From: Bacilli bacterium
GTDB taxonomy: Bacteria; Bacillota_I; Bacilli_A; RF39; UBA660
NCBI GenBank assembly: GCA_017434825.1
Contig: JAFSGC010000020.1
Location: forward strand, 42,096-106,095
Direction: 5' to 3'
Length of the DNA: 64,000 nucleotides
Each line of letters begins with the position of its first letter. The first letter of the stretch is position 1. Below the pieces are notes generated by a model. It had not been told where the DNA came from, searched no databases, and saw only the letters and a program-made list of their open reading frames with translations. This document shows positions 18,640-28,612 of this stretch, piece by piece. The translations under genes were made by a program, and so were the position numbers.

Positions 18640-19002
18640 TTATTTCTCTCTTTCAAAGACTCTAATTTCGTCTTCAAATTGCAGTTCTAATTTATCTTCA
18701 TCAACTGATATTATCTTTATCTTTTTTACCATATCCTTGGTAGTGGCATAACAATTTAATTTAATAGTTTTAGTTTCGTCATTATATGAATAAGTTTCAC
18801 ATAAATCAGAATCATTAACAGAATTACCACAGGCACAGTAATAACTAAAGCTCCCATCGGACCATAAACTTAAAAACTCAGTATCACTTTCTGTCGTTCG
18901 AGTCCAACTAACGTCTGTAAAACCATACTCGCTATAATCTTCTTGCTTCACTTCACACGAACATAACAAACATAATAATCCTATTATCCCCTTAAACTTC
19001 AT
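18640..19002 (-). CDS. putative lipoprotein
   Basis: Signal peptide with a lipobox-like LLCSC; 120 aa with several further Cys. Confidence 0.5.
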   Translation of the reverse strand: MKFKGIIGLLCLLCSCEVKQEDYSEYGFTDVSWTRTTESDTEFLSLWSDGSFSYYCACGNSVNDSDLCETYSYNDETKTIKLNCYATTKDMVKKIKIISVDEDKLELQFEDEIRVFEREK

Positions 19003-19080
19003 AAATGTTTCTCCTTTTTTAATTATACCATAGAAAATTTAGTTTAAATAACAAACAAAAAAGTAGAATTAAATCTACTT

Positions 19081-19566
19081 TTATATCTCTACAACGTTAA
19101 CAGGATTCCCATGTTCTTTAATGATTGCTAATAAGTCTTCTGTTTTTAACCATATAGTAGCCGTATTATCATTCGGATGTATTCCAATAAGATTTTCATT
19201 TACAAAATCTTTATCAATGTAGAATTTAACACTTACTTCTTTTTCATTTAATAATCCAAGTGGTGTTACTGAACCTGGAGTTAACGCTAATATACTCATC
19301 AAATCTTCTGCTGATGCAAAACTTAAAACTCTAGTACCATTATCTTTTCTAAACTTTTTTAAATCTACGCGTTTGCTTCCTTTTACAGTTATAAGATAAT
19401 AATTTAATCTTTTATCATCTCGAACAAAAAGATTTTTTGCATCTGAATCAGGATATGGTAGTTCAACTGCAGATAAATCTTCCATATTATAAACTGCTCC
19501 ATGTTCTGTTATTTCATAACTAATATTCTTATTATTTAAAAAGTTATAAATTTCTTCTTTGGTCAT
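19081..19566 (-). CDS. YbaK/ProX-type aminoacyl-tRNA editing domain protein
   Basis: 161 aa. Pattern KNLFVRDDK...LTPGSVTPLGL...HPNDNTAT is typical of free-standing prolyl-tRNA synthetase-associated editing domains. Confidence 0.65.
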   Translation of the reverse strand: MTKEEIYNFLNNKNISYEITEHGAVYNMEDLSAVELPYPDSDAKNLFVRDDKRLNYYLITVKGSKRVDLKKFRKDNGTRVLSFASAEDLMSILALTPGSVTPLGLLNEKEVSVKFYIDKDFVNENLIGIHPNDNTATIWLKTEDLLAIIKEHGNPVNVVEI

Positions 19567-19651
19567 ATAAATCCTCCATTTGTTACCTAATTATATACTA
19601 ACAGCAAATAAAAAGATACTAGAACTTCTCTAGTATCAAATTAAATTAGAA

Positions 19652-20035
19652 CTAATTTACTTTCTTTGTTTTTTTACTACTTTTATTTTCATTATTTTCA
19701 GTTACTTCGTCTTTAGACTTAGCAGAAGATAAAAAAGTTACTTTCTCTGCTACAACTTCCATAATATAATGCGTCTTTTTATTTTCATCTTCGTACTTAC
19801 TAGTTTGTAATCTTCCCTTAATACCGATTACATCACCAGAATGACAATATTCCGAAGTGTTGGACGCTATACCATTCCAAAGAACACAACGAATAAAATC
19901 TGTCTCATATATGCCATCAGGATTTTTAAAATTACGAGTAACAGCAACACTGACTGTTGTTACTTGCTTTCCTGATTCAGTTGTAGTTAATGTTGGATTT
20001 TCTGCCAGTCTACCTACTAAAACAACGTGATTCAT
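19652..20035 (-). CDS. ssb: single-stranded DNA-binding protein paralogue lacking the acidic C-terminal tip
   Basis: OB fold MNHVVLVGRLAENPTL...FIRCVLWNGIA. The C-terminus is basic (KSSKKTKKVN), not DDDLPF-like. Not flanked by rpsF/rpsR. Confidence 0.8.
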   Translation of the reverse strand: MNHVVLVGRLAENPTLTTTESGKQVTTVSVAVTRNFKNPDGIYETDFIRCVLWNGIASNTSEYCHSGDVIGIKGRLQTSKYEDENKKTHYIMEVVAEKVTFLSSAKSKDEVTENNENKSSKKTKKVN

Positions 20036-20111
20036 TTAGCCTCCTTTCAACGGCACTATAGCACTATAAAAAAGCTTTTACAAATCACCAAAAATTAAAA
20101 TTTCTCTAGAA

Positions 20112-20149
20112 AAAAATAAAAAAGAAATAGACAATTTATCTATTTCTTT
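20112..20149 (-). terminator. rho-independent terminator after the sufB-like gene
   Basis: 10-bp stem aaagaaatag/ctatttcttt (20121-20130, 20140-20149) with a T-run on the minus strand. Confidence 0.65.
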
Positions 20150-20176
20150 AATTTTTGTACGTACAATTTTAAAAAT

Positions 20177-21490
20177 TTATTCTTTTAAGAGTCTATTTAA
20201 TTCTACAGCGTATTCCATAGGTAAACTTTTCTTAAAATCAGATATAAAACCTAATACAAATAAGTCTTTTGCCGCATTTTCACTTAAACCTTTACTCATT
20301 AAGTAGAATAACTTTTCTTCATTAATTTTAGAAACAGTCGCTTCGTGTTCTAACACACTTGAATTATTTAATACAATATTTTTAGGATAAGTATTTGATT
20401 TTGATTTACCATCCAAAATGATCGTATCACATTTTACTTTAGCATAACTATTTGTAGCATTTTTGGAAATTTTAACAGTCCCACGATAATTACTTACTCC
20501 ACCATTTTCACTAATTGATTTACTTAAGATATTACTACGAGTATTTTTTCCTAAATGAATCATTTTAGCCCCAGCGTCTAAGTATTGATCCTCTTTCGCA
20601 AACGCAATACTTATTGAGTTGCCCACAGCATTATCTCCTTTTAAAATACATGACGGATATTTCATGGTAACACCACTACCAATATTACCATCTACCCATT
20701 CCATATAACCATTATCTTCAACTATAGCTCTTTTAGTAACTAAGTTATAAACGTCCTTACTCCAATTTTGTATTGTTGAATATTTACATTTAGCATTTTT
20801 ACCAACATAAATTTCTACTACACCAGCATGAAGCGAAGTTGTTGAATAATTCTTAGCAGTACAGCCCTCAATATAATGCAGCTCTGAATCATGATCAACA
20901 ATGATTATCGTTCTTTCAAATTGGCCTAAATTTTCGGTATCAATTCGAAAATAACTTTGCAAAGGTCGATCTACTTTTGTATGCGGCGGAATATATATAA
21001 AACTTCCGCCACTCCATAAAGCGCCATTTAAAGCAGTATATTTATTTTCGTCATATTTAACTAAATTATTAAAATATTTTTCAAATATTTCTGGATACTT
21101 TTTTAAAGCTTCATCAGTAGAAGTAAAAATGATATTTTCATTCGAAGAACTATGATATACTACTTCACTTTCATATTGATTAGTTACGCCATCAAGATAT
21201 TTCTTTTCTGCATCAATTACCCCAAGATTTTTAAACGTATCACGAGCATTTTTATGAACATCTTCCCAATCACAAGAAGGAGCTTTAAAACTACCTTGAT
21301 AGTATTTGATTTTATTAAAATCAATTTTTAAAGTAGGACCAAACGAAGGATTTTCTAACTCGCAAAATTTATGATATGCCAAAACCCGAAATTCAGTCAT
21401 CCATTTCGGTTCATTTTTTCGTTTCGATAAGTTTCTTACAAATTCTTCGTTTAATGCATCATACATATTAATCACAAAAATATAATACAA
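20177..21490 (-). CDS. sufB: SufB/SufD-family Fe-S cluster assembly protein
   Basis: Beta-helix core typical of SufB (LHYIEGCTA, GDNAVGNSISIAF, HEATVSKINEEKLFYLMSKGLSE). The start is probably the internal MYDALNEEF (21466). Confidence 0.8.
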   Translation of the reverse strand: MYYIFVINMYDALNEEFVRNLSKRKNEPKWMTEFRVLAYHKFCELENPSFGPTLKIDFNKIKYYQGSFKAPSCDWEDVHKNARDTFKNLGVIDAEKKYLDGVTNQYESEVVYHSSSNENIIFTSTDEALKKYPEIFEKYFNNLVKYDENKYTALNGALWSGGSFIYIPPHTKVDRPLQSYFRIDTENLGQFERTIIIVDHDSELHYIEGCTAKNYSTTSLHAGVVEIYVGKNAKCKYSTIQNWSKDVYNLVTKRAIVEDNGYMEWVDGNIGSGVTMKYPSCILKGDNAVGNSISIAFAKEDQYLDAGAKMIHLGKNTRSNILSKSISENGGVSNYRGTVKISKNATNSYAKVKCDTIILDGKSKSNTYPKNIVLNNSSVLEHEATVSKINEEKLFYLMSKGLSENAAKDLFVLGFISDFKKSLPMEYAVELNRLLKE

Positions 21491-21561
21491 TAATTGGGCT
21501 CTAAAAACAATTGTATTTGAATATAAAGTTTGATAAACTATTTATAGTAGGAGCATAAGAT

Positions 21562-21999
21562 ATGTATAGTTTTGAAGAAAATATTAATCAAATATACCAC
21601 TATTTAACTTTAACAGCTTTAAATGATGATGCTAAAGTAAAGATTTCTCAATTTATGGACGCATATCATCAAACATTAAACGAATATTTAAATTCAAATA
21701 CTCCAAATATTTCAACTACCCAAAGACTTCAGGCACTAACAGGTCCCGTTAACGTAGCACTTACTACTCCGGATGATGGCAAACCTCATCCTGCAGCTGA
21801 GTTAATAAAACAAAAGGTAAATGACCATGGAAAAGAAATGGAAAAACCATTTGTAAGAAGTCTTAGAAATCCAAATGCTCCATCGCTTATTAAAGACGAT
21901 AACGAAATGATGAATGGCTTCTCCTTTGCAATAATTATAGTATGTTTCACCATTGTTTTAGGAATGGTTTTAGGAGCCCTATTATTCTTAATAAAATAA
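21562..21999 (+). CDS. hypothetical protein with C-terminal TM anchor
   Basis: 145-aa ORF. Hydrophobic tail FSFAIIIVCFTIVLGMVLGALLFLI. Confidence 0.45.
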   Translation: MYSFEENINQIYHYLTLTALNDDAKVKISQFMDAYHQTLNEYLNSNTPNISTTQRLQALTGPVNVALTTPDDGKPHPAAELIKQKVNDHGKEMEKPFVRSLRNPNAPSLIKDDNEMMNGFSFAIIIVCFTIVLGMVLGALLFLIK

Positions 22000-22013
22000 A
22001 AAAATCGAGTCTA

Positions 22014-22274
22014 TTATTTAGACTCGATTATTAATTTTATTGCAGTTTTTTGTTCACCTGCAATTTCTATATCACTAAATGCAGGAATCACAACCAAATT
22101 TACTCCCATCGGAGCTACAAATCCTCTAGCAATTGCAACTGCTTTAATTGCTTGATTTAAACTTCCTGCACCAATTGTTTGAATTTCAACAGTTCCACTT
22201 TCACGAAAGATATTTGCTATTGCTCCCGCCACTTTACTAGGATTAGATTTTGAACTTACTTTTAATATTTCCAT
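22014..22274 (-). CDS. spoVS: stage V sporulation protein S
   Basis: 86 aa, near-collinear with B. subtilis SpoVS (MEILKVS.KSNP..VAGA...IGAG.LNQA.KAVAIARGFVAP.GV.L..IPAF). Confidence 0.9.
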   Translation of the reverse strand: MEILKVSSKSNPSKVAGAIANIFRESGTVEIQTIGAGSLNQAIKAVAIARGFVAPMGVNLVVIPAFSDIEIAGEQKTAIKLIIESK

Positions 22275-22345
22275 ATATTTTCCTTTCTTACAATTTAAAT
22301 ATATGGAAAACTTTTCAAAATATTAAAAAAATAGTATAAAATATA

Positions 22346-22873
22346 CTATTTTTTGTCTAATAAATAATTGGTTACCGGATCAACTAATTCTAATACACCG
22401 TGAACAAAATAAAAGAATCCTAAAACTAAAATTTGTACCTCTGCTTCATAATATAAATTAATTACTGATAACAGTCCAATAAGCACAAACAATATTAAAG
22501 TAACTATCCTAAATATCCAAATTGGACGATTAGCATCATGATAATAATCACATTTTTTTAGTTTAATTAAACTCATTAAAACTATCCAAACAAATAATGT
22601 AAGTGCTAAATTCAAAGGATTATTATCAACCTCTAAAAAGCCTAAAAGTATTAAGGTAATTATACTAGCAATCATAGTAAACAAACCTTCATAATCTTTA
22701 GCTTTACTTGTTAAAATAAATTGAATTAAATTCATAATTCCATAAAATGCTAAAACTCCAATAAATATATATTTTACATTAACTACTTTTAATAATGGGA
22801 AAGTTAAAACTAAACTTCCAACAATGATTAATGCTACCGCAGTTACTAAATCAACTATTGTTTTTCTTTTCAT
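22346..22873 (-). CDS. integral membrane protein (HdeD/DUF308-like)
   Basis: 175 aa, about six TM helices. Overlaps the uppS 3' end by 23 nt. Confidence 0.4.
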   Translation of the reverse strand: MKRKTIVDLVTAVALIIVGSLVLTFPLLKVVNVKYIFIGVLAFYGIMNLIQFILTSKAKDYEGLFTMIASIITLILLGFLEVDNNPLNLALTLFVWIVLMSLIKLKKCDYYHDANRPIWIFRIVTLILFVLIGLLSVINLYYEAEVQILVLGFFYFVHGVLELVDPVTNYLLDKK

Positions 22874-23570
22874 TAATTCCTCCGAAACGACGATCTCTAT
22901 TATTATAGACTTCTAAAGCTTCATCAAAATCTTCTGCTTTAAATGCTGGGAAATGAATGCTAGGGAAATAGAACTCAGCATAACTTGCTTGCCATAACAT
23001 AAAACCACTTAAGCGATTTTCACCACTTGTTCTAATTAGTAAATCAATCGGAGGTAAATTTTGATACATGTAACTATTAACAACTTCCTTATTAATATCT
23101 TCAGCATTTAACTTACCAGCTTGAACATCTTCAACAATTTTCTTTGTAGCATCAACAATTTCCCATTGACTATCATAATTTATACAAATATTAAATATAC
23201 CACTCTTGTTATCTTTAGTAGATTTTTCAACTTCCTCTATTACTCTTAAAACATCTTTAGGAAGAGGCGCTTTTCTAATTCCTGAGAAAACAATTTTAAT
23301 ATCTTCTTTATTTAATTCTTTTTCATATTTCTTAAAACCTTTTACAAAAAGATTCATTAAAAAATCAACTTCTTGTTTGCTTCTTTTAAAATTTTCAGTT
23401 GAAAAAGCATAAACGCTAAATACTTTAACACCTTTTTTTAATATATATTTACACAATTCATGAAGATTTTCAAACCCAGCTTGATGTCCTTCGCTTCTTG
23501 AAAGCCCTTGAGCTTGAGCCCATCTTCCATTTCCATCTAAAATAAATCCTACGTGATTTGGTATTTTCAT
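22851..23570 (-). CDS. uppS: isoprenyl transferase (undecaprenyl diphosphate synthase)
   Basis: HVGFILDGNGRWA, FSTENFKRS, IRTSGENRLSGFMLWQ signature blocks. Confidence 0.92.
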   Translation of the reverse strand: MKIPNHVGFILDGNGRWAQAQGLSRSEGHQAGFENLHELCKYILKKGVKVFSVYAFSTENFKRSKQEVDFLMNLFVKGFKKYEKELNKEDIKIVFSGIRKAPLPKDVLRVIEEVEKSTKDNKSGIFNICINYDSQWEIVDATKKIVEDVQAGKLNAEDINKEVVNSYMYQNLPPIDLLIRTSGENRLSGFMLWQASYAEFYFPSIHFPAFKAEDFDEALEVYNNRDRRFGGINEKKNNS

Positions 23571-23685
23571 ATTTTCACCTCAATAAAAGTATATTATTTT
23601 ATAAAATTAAAGTCAAATTGGTTTACTATTATAGACAATAATAATACATGATATGTTATAATTTTTATAATAGAGGTAATGTTAT

Positions 23686-25158
23686 ATGAAAAAAGGATTT
23701 GATAATGATTTATATGTAAGTATTCAAAGTGAAAAAATAAGAGAAAGATTTAGTTTATTTGATAAATTATATCTTGAAATTGGTGGAAAACTATTCGAAG
23801 ACACTCATGCATGTAGAGTTCTCCCCGGCTTTGAACCTGATGCCAAAATCAATATGTTTTTAGAACTTAAAAATGATTTAGAAATTATTTATTGCATTAA
23901 CGCCGGAGACATTGAAAGAAATAAAACTAGATCTGATTATGGAATAACTTACGATACAGAAATACTTCGTTTAATAGATAATTCTAAAAAAAGAGGTTTT
24001 TCGGTTAATAGTGTTGTAATTACTTTGTATAACAATCAACCGAGTGTCGATAAATTTATTAAAAGACTTGAAAGACATAAAATAAAAACATATATTCATC
24101 GCTTTACCAAAGGATATCCTACTGATATTGATACAATCGTATCCGAAGAAGGATATGGTGCAAATCCATATATTGAAACAACTAAACCACTGGTTTTAGT
24201 TAACGCTCCCGGTCCAGGAAGTGGAAAACTGGCCACTTGCCTTTCTCAGCTTTATCATGAACATCAAAGAGGAATTAATGCTGGATACGCAAAATTTGAA
24301 ACATTCCCAGTTTGGGATTTACCACTAAAGCATCCAGTTAACCTTGCCTACGAAGCTGCTACTGCAGATTTAAAAGATGTTAATATGATAGATCCTTACC
24401 ATTTAGAACATTATAATAAAATGGCTGTAAATTATAATCGTGACGTTGAAACATTCCCTATCTTAAAAGCTATTTTAAATAAAATTACAGGCAAAGATAT
24501 CTATAATTCTCCTACTGATATGGGAGTAAATATGTTAGCAAAAGCAATCACTAATGACAATATAATTTGTGAAGCTGCAAAAAGAGAAATCATTCGCCGA
24601 TATTATCAAGAAAGATGTAATTATAAATTAGGATTATCAAATGAGGATACCATTCAAAAGATCAAACTATTAATGAATGAATTAGAGATTGATACCAATT
24701 TATTAGATACGGTTGAACCCGCATTAAAGAAATCAAACAAAGTTCATCGTCATGTTGTTTCTCTTAAACTTCCAAATGGGAAAATTGTAACTGGTAAAGA
24801 AACCGAACTATTAAGTCCAGCAAGCAGTGTTATTCTAAATGCAATTAAAGAAATAACAAAAATCCCCGATGAAATTGATCTACTATCAGAATCAGTATTA
24901 AAACCAATCTTAAAACTTCGAGAAAACTCTCTATCAGATTACAATAAAACATTACAATTACAAGAGGTATTAATTGCACTAAGCATTTGCGCTGTAACTA
25001 ATCCCATTATTCAAAAAGCACTTAATAATATTCAAAAGCTAAAAGATTGTGATGCACATGCAACTTACATTATTTCTAATGGTGATTTAAAAACATTAAA
25101 AAGCTTGAAAATAAATTTAACTTGTGAACCAGTATTCTTAAGTGATAACATTGATTAA
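23686..25158 (+). CDS. UPF0371/DUF1846 family protein
   Basis: 490 aa. The N-terminus GFDNDLYVSIQSEKIRERF...LYLEIGGKLF.D.HA.RVLPGF is characteristic of the family. Confidence 0.7.
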   Translation: MKKGFDNDLYVSIQSEKIRERFSLFDKLYLEIGGKLFEDTHACRVLPGFEPDAKINMFLELKNDLEIIYCINAGDIERNKTRSDYGITYDTEILRLIDNSKKRGFSVNSVVITLYNNQPSVDKFIKRLERHKIKTYIHRFTKGYPTDIDTIVSEEGYGANPYIETTKPLVLVNAPGPGSGKLATCLSQLYHEHQRGINAGYAKFETFPVWDLPLKHPVNLAYEAATADLKDVNMIDPYHLEHYNKMAVNYNRDVETFPILKAILNKITGKDIYNSPTDMGVNMLAKAITNDNIICEAAKREIIRRYYQERCNYKLGLSNEDTIQKIKLLMNELEIDTNLLDTVEPALKKSNKVHRHVVSLKLPNGKIVTGKETELLSPASSVILNAIKEITKIPDEIDLLSESVLKPILKLRENSLSDYNKTLQLQEVLIALSICAVTNPIIQKALNNIQKLKDCDAHATYIISNGDLKTLKSLKINLTCEPVFLSDNID

Positions 25159-25171
25159 AAAAGGTTTTAGA

Positions 25172-25975
25172 TTATTTTTCTAAAACCTTTTTCTTTGTAA
25201 TAAACTTACCCGCGATTTTATATTTATCTTTATTAATAATATATAAATATCCAAAGATCGAATATATTATTGTTCCAATTAAATTTACTTGCAAATCTTT
25301 CATTGTATCGTGAAGACCAATATCTAAATACCCTTCAAATTTCGCAAGCTCATTGCCATCTTTATCATATGCAATTGTATAATCAACATTCTTAATTCTT
25401 ACTACACTATTAGTATTAGTTTCATCTAATGTAACTGTATTAATATTTTGGACCATCACATCTTTTTGCATATCAGTTTTAAAAGCAGAATCCATAGCAT
25501 ACTCATAAAATTCCCAAACAACACCAATTGTCATTGAGAAACAAAACGCTACTAACGATACAAAAAGTGGTGATAAATTAATCGATTCAATATTTTCATT
25601 TAAAATATATACTAACGAAAAGCCCAAACTAGCACAAATAAAACCATTTATTGTATGTAATATAGTATCAAAGTTATCAAAAATATTATAAAAGTTATTA
25701 ATCTCTCCTAAAATAGAAGCAGAAAATATAAATACATATACAACGCCTTCTATAATCGAAGGAAACTCGATCTTTAATGTTTTCTCAAGTAACGCTGGCA
25801 TCAAGAATAAAATTAAAGAAAAGACACATAAAATTGCATTTTCATAATTCCCCTTTAGTAGTTCGGAAATCATACATAGAATTACTAAAGTTCTAACAAT
25901 TATATATACAGTTAATGCTTTTTTATTACTCTTTCTTATAGCGTCCTTAATTTTATTTTTAGTTTTCACAGCCAT
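25172..25975 (-). CDS. integral membrane protein (possibly YjdF/DUF2238-like)
   Basis: 267 aa, multiple TM helices with one soluble insertion. Family call is weak. Confidence 0.35.
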   Translation of the reverse strand: MAVKTKNKIKDAIRKSNKKALTVYIIVRTLVILCMISELLKGNYENAILCVFSLILFLMPALLEKTLKIEFPSIIEGVVYVFIFSASILGEINNFYNIFDNFDTILHTINGFICASLGFSLVYILNENIESINLSPLFVSLVAFCFSMTIGVVWEFYEYAMDSAFKTDMQKDVMVQNINTVTLDETNTNSVVRIKNVDYTIAYDKDGNELAKFEGYLDIGLHDTMKDLQVNLIGTIIYSIFGYLYIINKDKYKIAGKFITKKKVLEK

Positions 25976-25987
25976 TTAAACACCTCC

Positions 25988-28600
25988 CTAACGATATCTT
26001 ACTTTTTTATATACCTCGAATACCCATAATATAGATGAAGCAATTAAAAACAAAAATATCATATGAACAAATGGAACTGATGTAGTTTGTAAAAATTTAG
26101 AAAAGAATGGAACTTCCATAACTATAACTTGTAATAATATTGAAGTTATTACCCCCATTACTACAAGTTTATTATTTTTAATTGAAACACTAAAAGCTGA
26201 TGATTTTTCACTTCGACAATTAAACACATGTATATTTTGAATAAACACCATTAATGCCATAATATAACCACGAGCAATTGCAACATCCATATGAAGAACA
26301 TTAATTAAAATATACCAAACAGTAAAGATTAGTATTCCTGTTACTATGCCTCCTAAAATAATACCGCCAAATAATTCATTATCAAACAAAGCCTCTTTAG
26401 GATCTCTAGGTTTATCACTCATAATATTTTTTTCGGCTTTCTCAAAAGATAAAGCAAAATCTTGAATTCCATCGGTTACAACATTTATCCATAGTAATTG
26501 AATAGCTACCAAAGGCATTGGTAAGTCAAAGATAATTGATAAGCAAAAGAATAAAACTTCTGCTAACCCACACGAAATTAAAAATAAAACAATCTTTCTA
26601 ATATTAGCATATGCTACTCTACCTTCTTTAACACCAGCCACTATTGATTTAAAATTATCATCAATAATAATCATATCAGCAGTTTCTCTAGCAATATCCG
26701 TACCGCTTCCCATAGCAACACCAATATTAGCACTCTTTAATGCAGGAGCATCATTTACTCCATCCCCAGTAACCGCAACAAATTCACCTTGTCGCTTTAA
26801 CGATTCAATAATCTCTAATTTCTGAAGCGGTGTTACTCTAGTAAATACACTTTTAGTTTTTACAAATTCATCAAATGCAACTTTACTTTTAGCCAAGTAC
26901 TCATCTACTTCATCACCTGTTGTTACTTCATCATATGTACTAGTAAGCTTTAATTCTCTTGCTATTGAATACGCGGTAAGCGGATGATCTCCAGTAATCA
27001 TTAAAACTTTTATTCCAGCATTATGGCATTCCTGAATCGAAGCAATCGCTTCTTTTCTTATTGGATCAATAAAGCCAACCATTCCCATAAAAGTTAAGCC
27101 TTTAATATCTTCTTCTGAATAACTTTCTTTTTTAGGAACCTTGCCATTTGCTATAGTAATTACTCGATAACCCTCTTTAGCTAACGCTTCATTTTGATCA
27201 TCTAATACTTTAGAATCAGCATTTACTTTGATTAAATTGCACTCCTTACAAAATTCTCTTACTTTTTCTAATGACCCCTTGATTGTACAATAAGTTTCAT
27301 CATCTTTTTCATAAAATACAGCTGAATACTTATTTTCAGACTCATAAGGAATAATATCCAAAACCTTTAATTTTTTGATATTAACTTTTGCTTTTTTTCC
27401 AAGCACCAAGAATGCTAAATCAATTGAATCGCCAATTAAATTATCATTTTCAATAATAGCTTCATTATTAACAGCTCCATATAATGCAATTTCATTTGCT
27501 AATTCAATATTTTCTCCAATAATTTCACCAGAAAGCTCATAACCTGTACCCGTGACTTCATATTCTGTTCCATCGGGCAATAAGATTTTCTTGGCCATTT
27601 GCTCATTTACCGTCAAAGTACCGGTCTTATCACTAGCAATAACTGTACAACTTCCCAAAGACTCCACTGCATTTAACTTTTTTACAATAACATTTTTCTT
27701 AGCCATTTTATTTGAACCAATAGTAAGAGCCATTGTAAGCGCTAAAGGAAGACCTTCAGGCATTGCAGAAACCGCTAAGGCTATTACTGATAAAAATATT
27801 TCATGATATGGAACGCCTTTACTAATTAATAAGAACGTAATAAATATTGCTACTGCTATTACAAGCAAACTAATTTGCTTAGAAAATTTTTCAACTCGTA
27901 TAGTAAGTGGAGATTTTGTCTCCTCGCTTTTGTTAATACTATCAGCAATTTTTCCAATTTCAGTTTCCAAGCCAATTGCTACTACAATCGCATGCGCTCT
28001 TCCTGTCACAATATTTGTTCCTGAAAAAAGCATATTAGTTTGTTCGTTTATAGAGAGTTTATCTTCTTTAATTACTTCACTATATTTATTAACATTAAGG
28101 CTTTCGCCAGTTAATATTGATTCATCAACCATTAAATTATGAGCTTCAACAACACGTAAATCTGCAGGGATTTTATCTCCTGATTCTAATATTAAATAAT
28201 CTCCAATAGTTATTTCAGATGATTCAATTTCTACTTCTTTACCATTTCTCATAACCCTAGTTTTAACAGAGATTAACTTTTCAAGAGCTTCAGCAGTATT
28301 GTTAGCTTTATTTTCTTGATACGTTCCCATAATAATATCAATTAAGATAATCACTAAAATAGCAATTGCATCAACATATTCTTTAACAATAAATGAAGCT
28401 AGAATAGCAAAAAGCAACAAAATAACAATGGGATCCTTAAATTCATAAAAAAAGATTTTAATAACACTATCTTTTTTCTTCTTAGGCAGCACATTTCTAC
28501 CATATTGTTGAATTCTTTTTTCTACTTCTTCATCTGAAAGTCCTTTAGAACTAGTTAATAATTCACTTTTTACTTCTTCAATATCTTTGCTATAAAACAT
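25988..28600 (-). CDS. cation-transporting P-type ATPase (P2, Ca2+/Mn2+-type)
   Basis: 870 aa. DKTGTLT phosphorylation site, TGES, MITGDHPLTA, VTGDGVNDAPAL hinge. N-terminal cation-ATPase domain (SKGLSDEEVEKRIQQYGRNVL). Confidence 0.92.
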   Translation of the reverse strand: MFYSKDIEEVKSELLTSSKGLSDEEVEKRIQQYGRNVLPKKKKDSVIKIFFYEFKDPIVILLLFAILASFIVKEYVDAIAILVIILIDIIMGTYQENKANNTAEALEKLISVKTRVMRNGKEVEIESSEITIGDYLILESGDKIPADLRVVEAHNLMVDESILTGESLNVNKYSEVIKEDKLSINEQTNMLFSGTNIVTGRAHAIVVAIGLETEIGKIADSINKSEETKSPLTIRVEKFSKQISLLVIAVAIFITFLLISKGVPYHEIFLSVIALAVSAMPEGLPLALTMALTIGSNKMAKKNVIVKKLNAVESLGSCTVIASDKTGTLTVNEQMAKKILLPDGTEYEVTGTGYELSGEIIGENIELANEIALYGAVNNEAIIENDNLIGDSIDLAFLVLGKKAKVNIKKLKVLDIIPYESENKYSAVFYEKDDETYCTIKGSLEKVREFCKECNLIKVNADSKVLDDQNEALAKEGYRVITIANGKVPKKESYSEEDIKGLTFMGMVGFIDPIRKEAIASIQECHNAGIKVLMITGDHPLTAYSIARELKLTSTYDEVTTGDEVDEYLAKSKVAFDEFVKTKSVFTRVTPLQKLEIIESLKRQGEFVAVTGDGVNDAPALKSANIGVAMGSGTDIARETADMIIIDDNFKSIVAGVKEGRVAYANIRKIVLFLISCGLAEVLFFCLSIIFDLPMPLVAIQLLWINVVTDGIQDFALSFEKAEKNIMSDKPRDPKEALFDNELFGGIILGGIVTGILIFTVWYILINVLHMDVAIARGYIMALMVFIQNIHVFNCRSEKSSAFSVSIKNNKLVVMGVITSILLQVIVMEVPFFSKFLQTTSVPFVHMIFLFLIASSILWVFEVYKKVRYR

Positions 28601-28612
28601 ATTTCCTCCTAT

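Noticed and set aside
17182-18665. Plus-strand ORFs 17182-17379, 17871-18167 and 18474-18665.
   Set aside because: They are antisense to the 84-aa and 30-aa-repeat genes. The repeat periodicity explains the long stop-free antisense frames.
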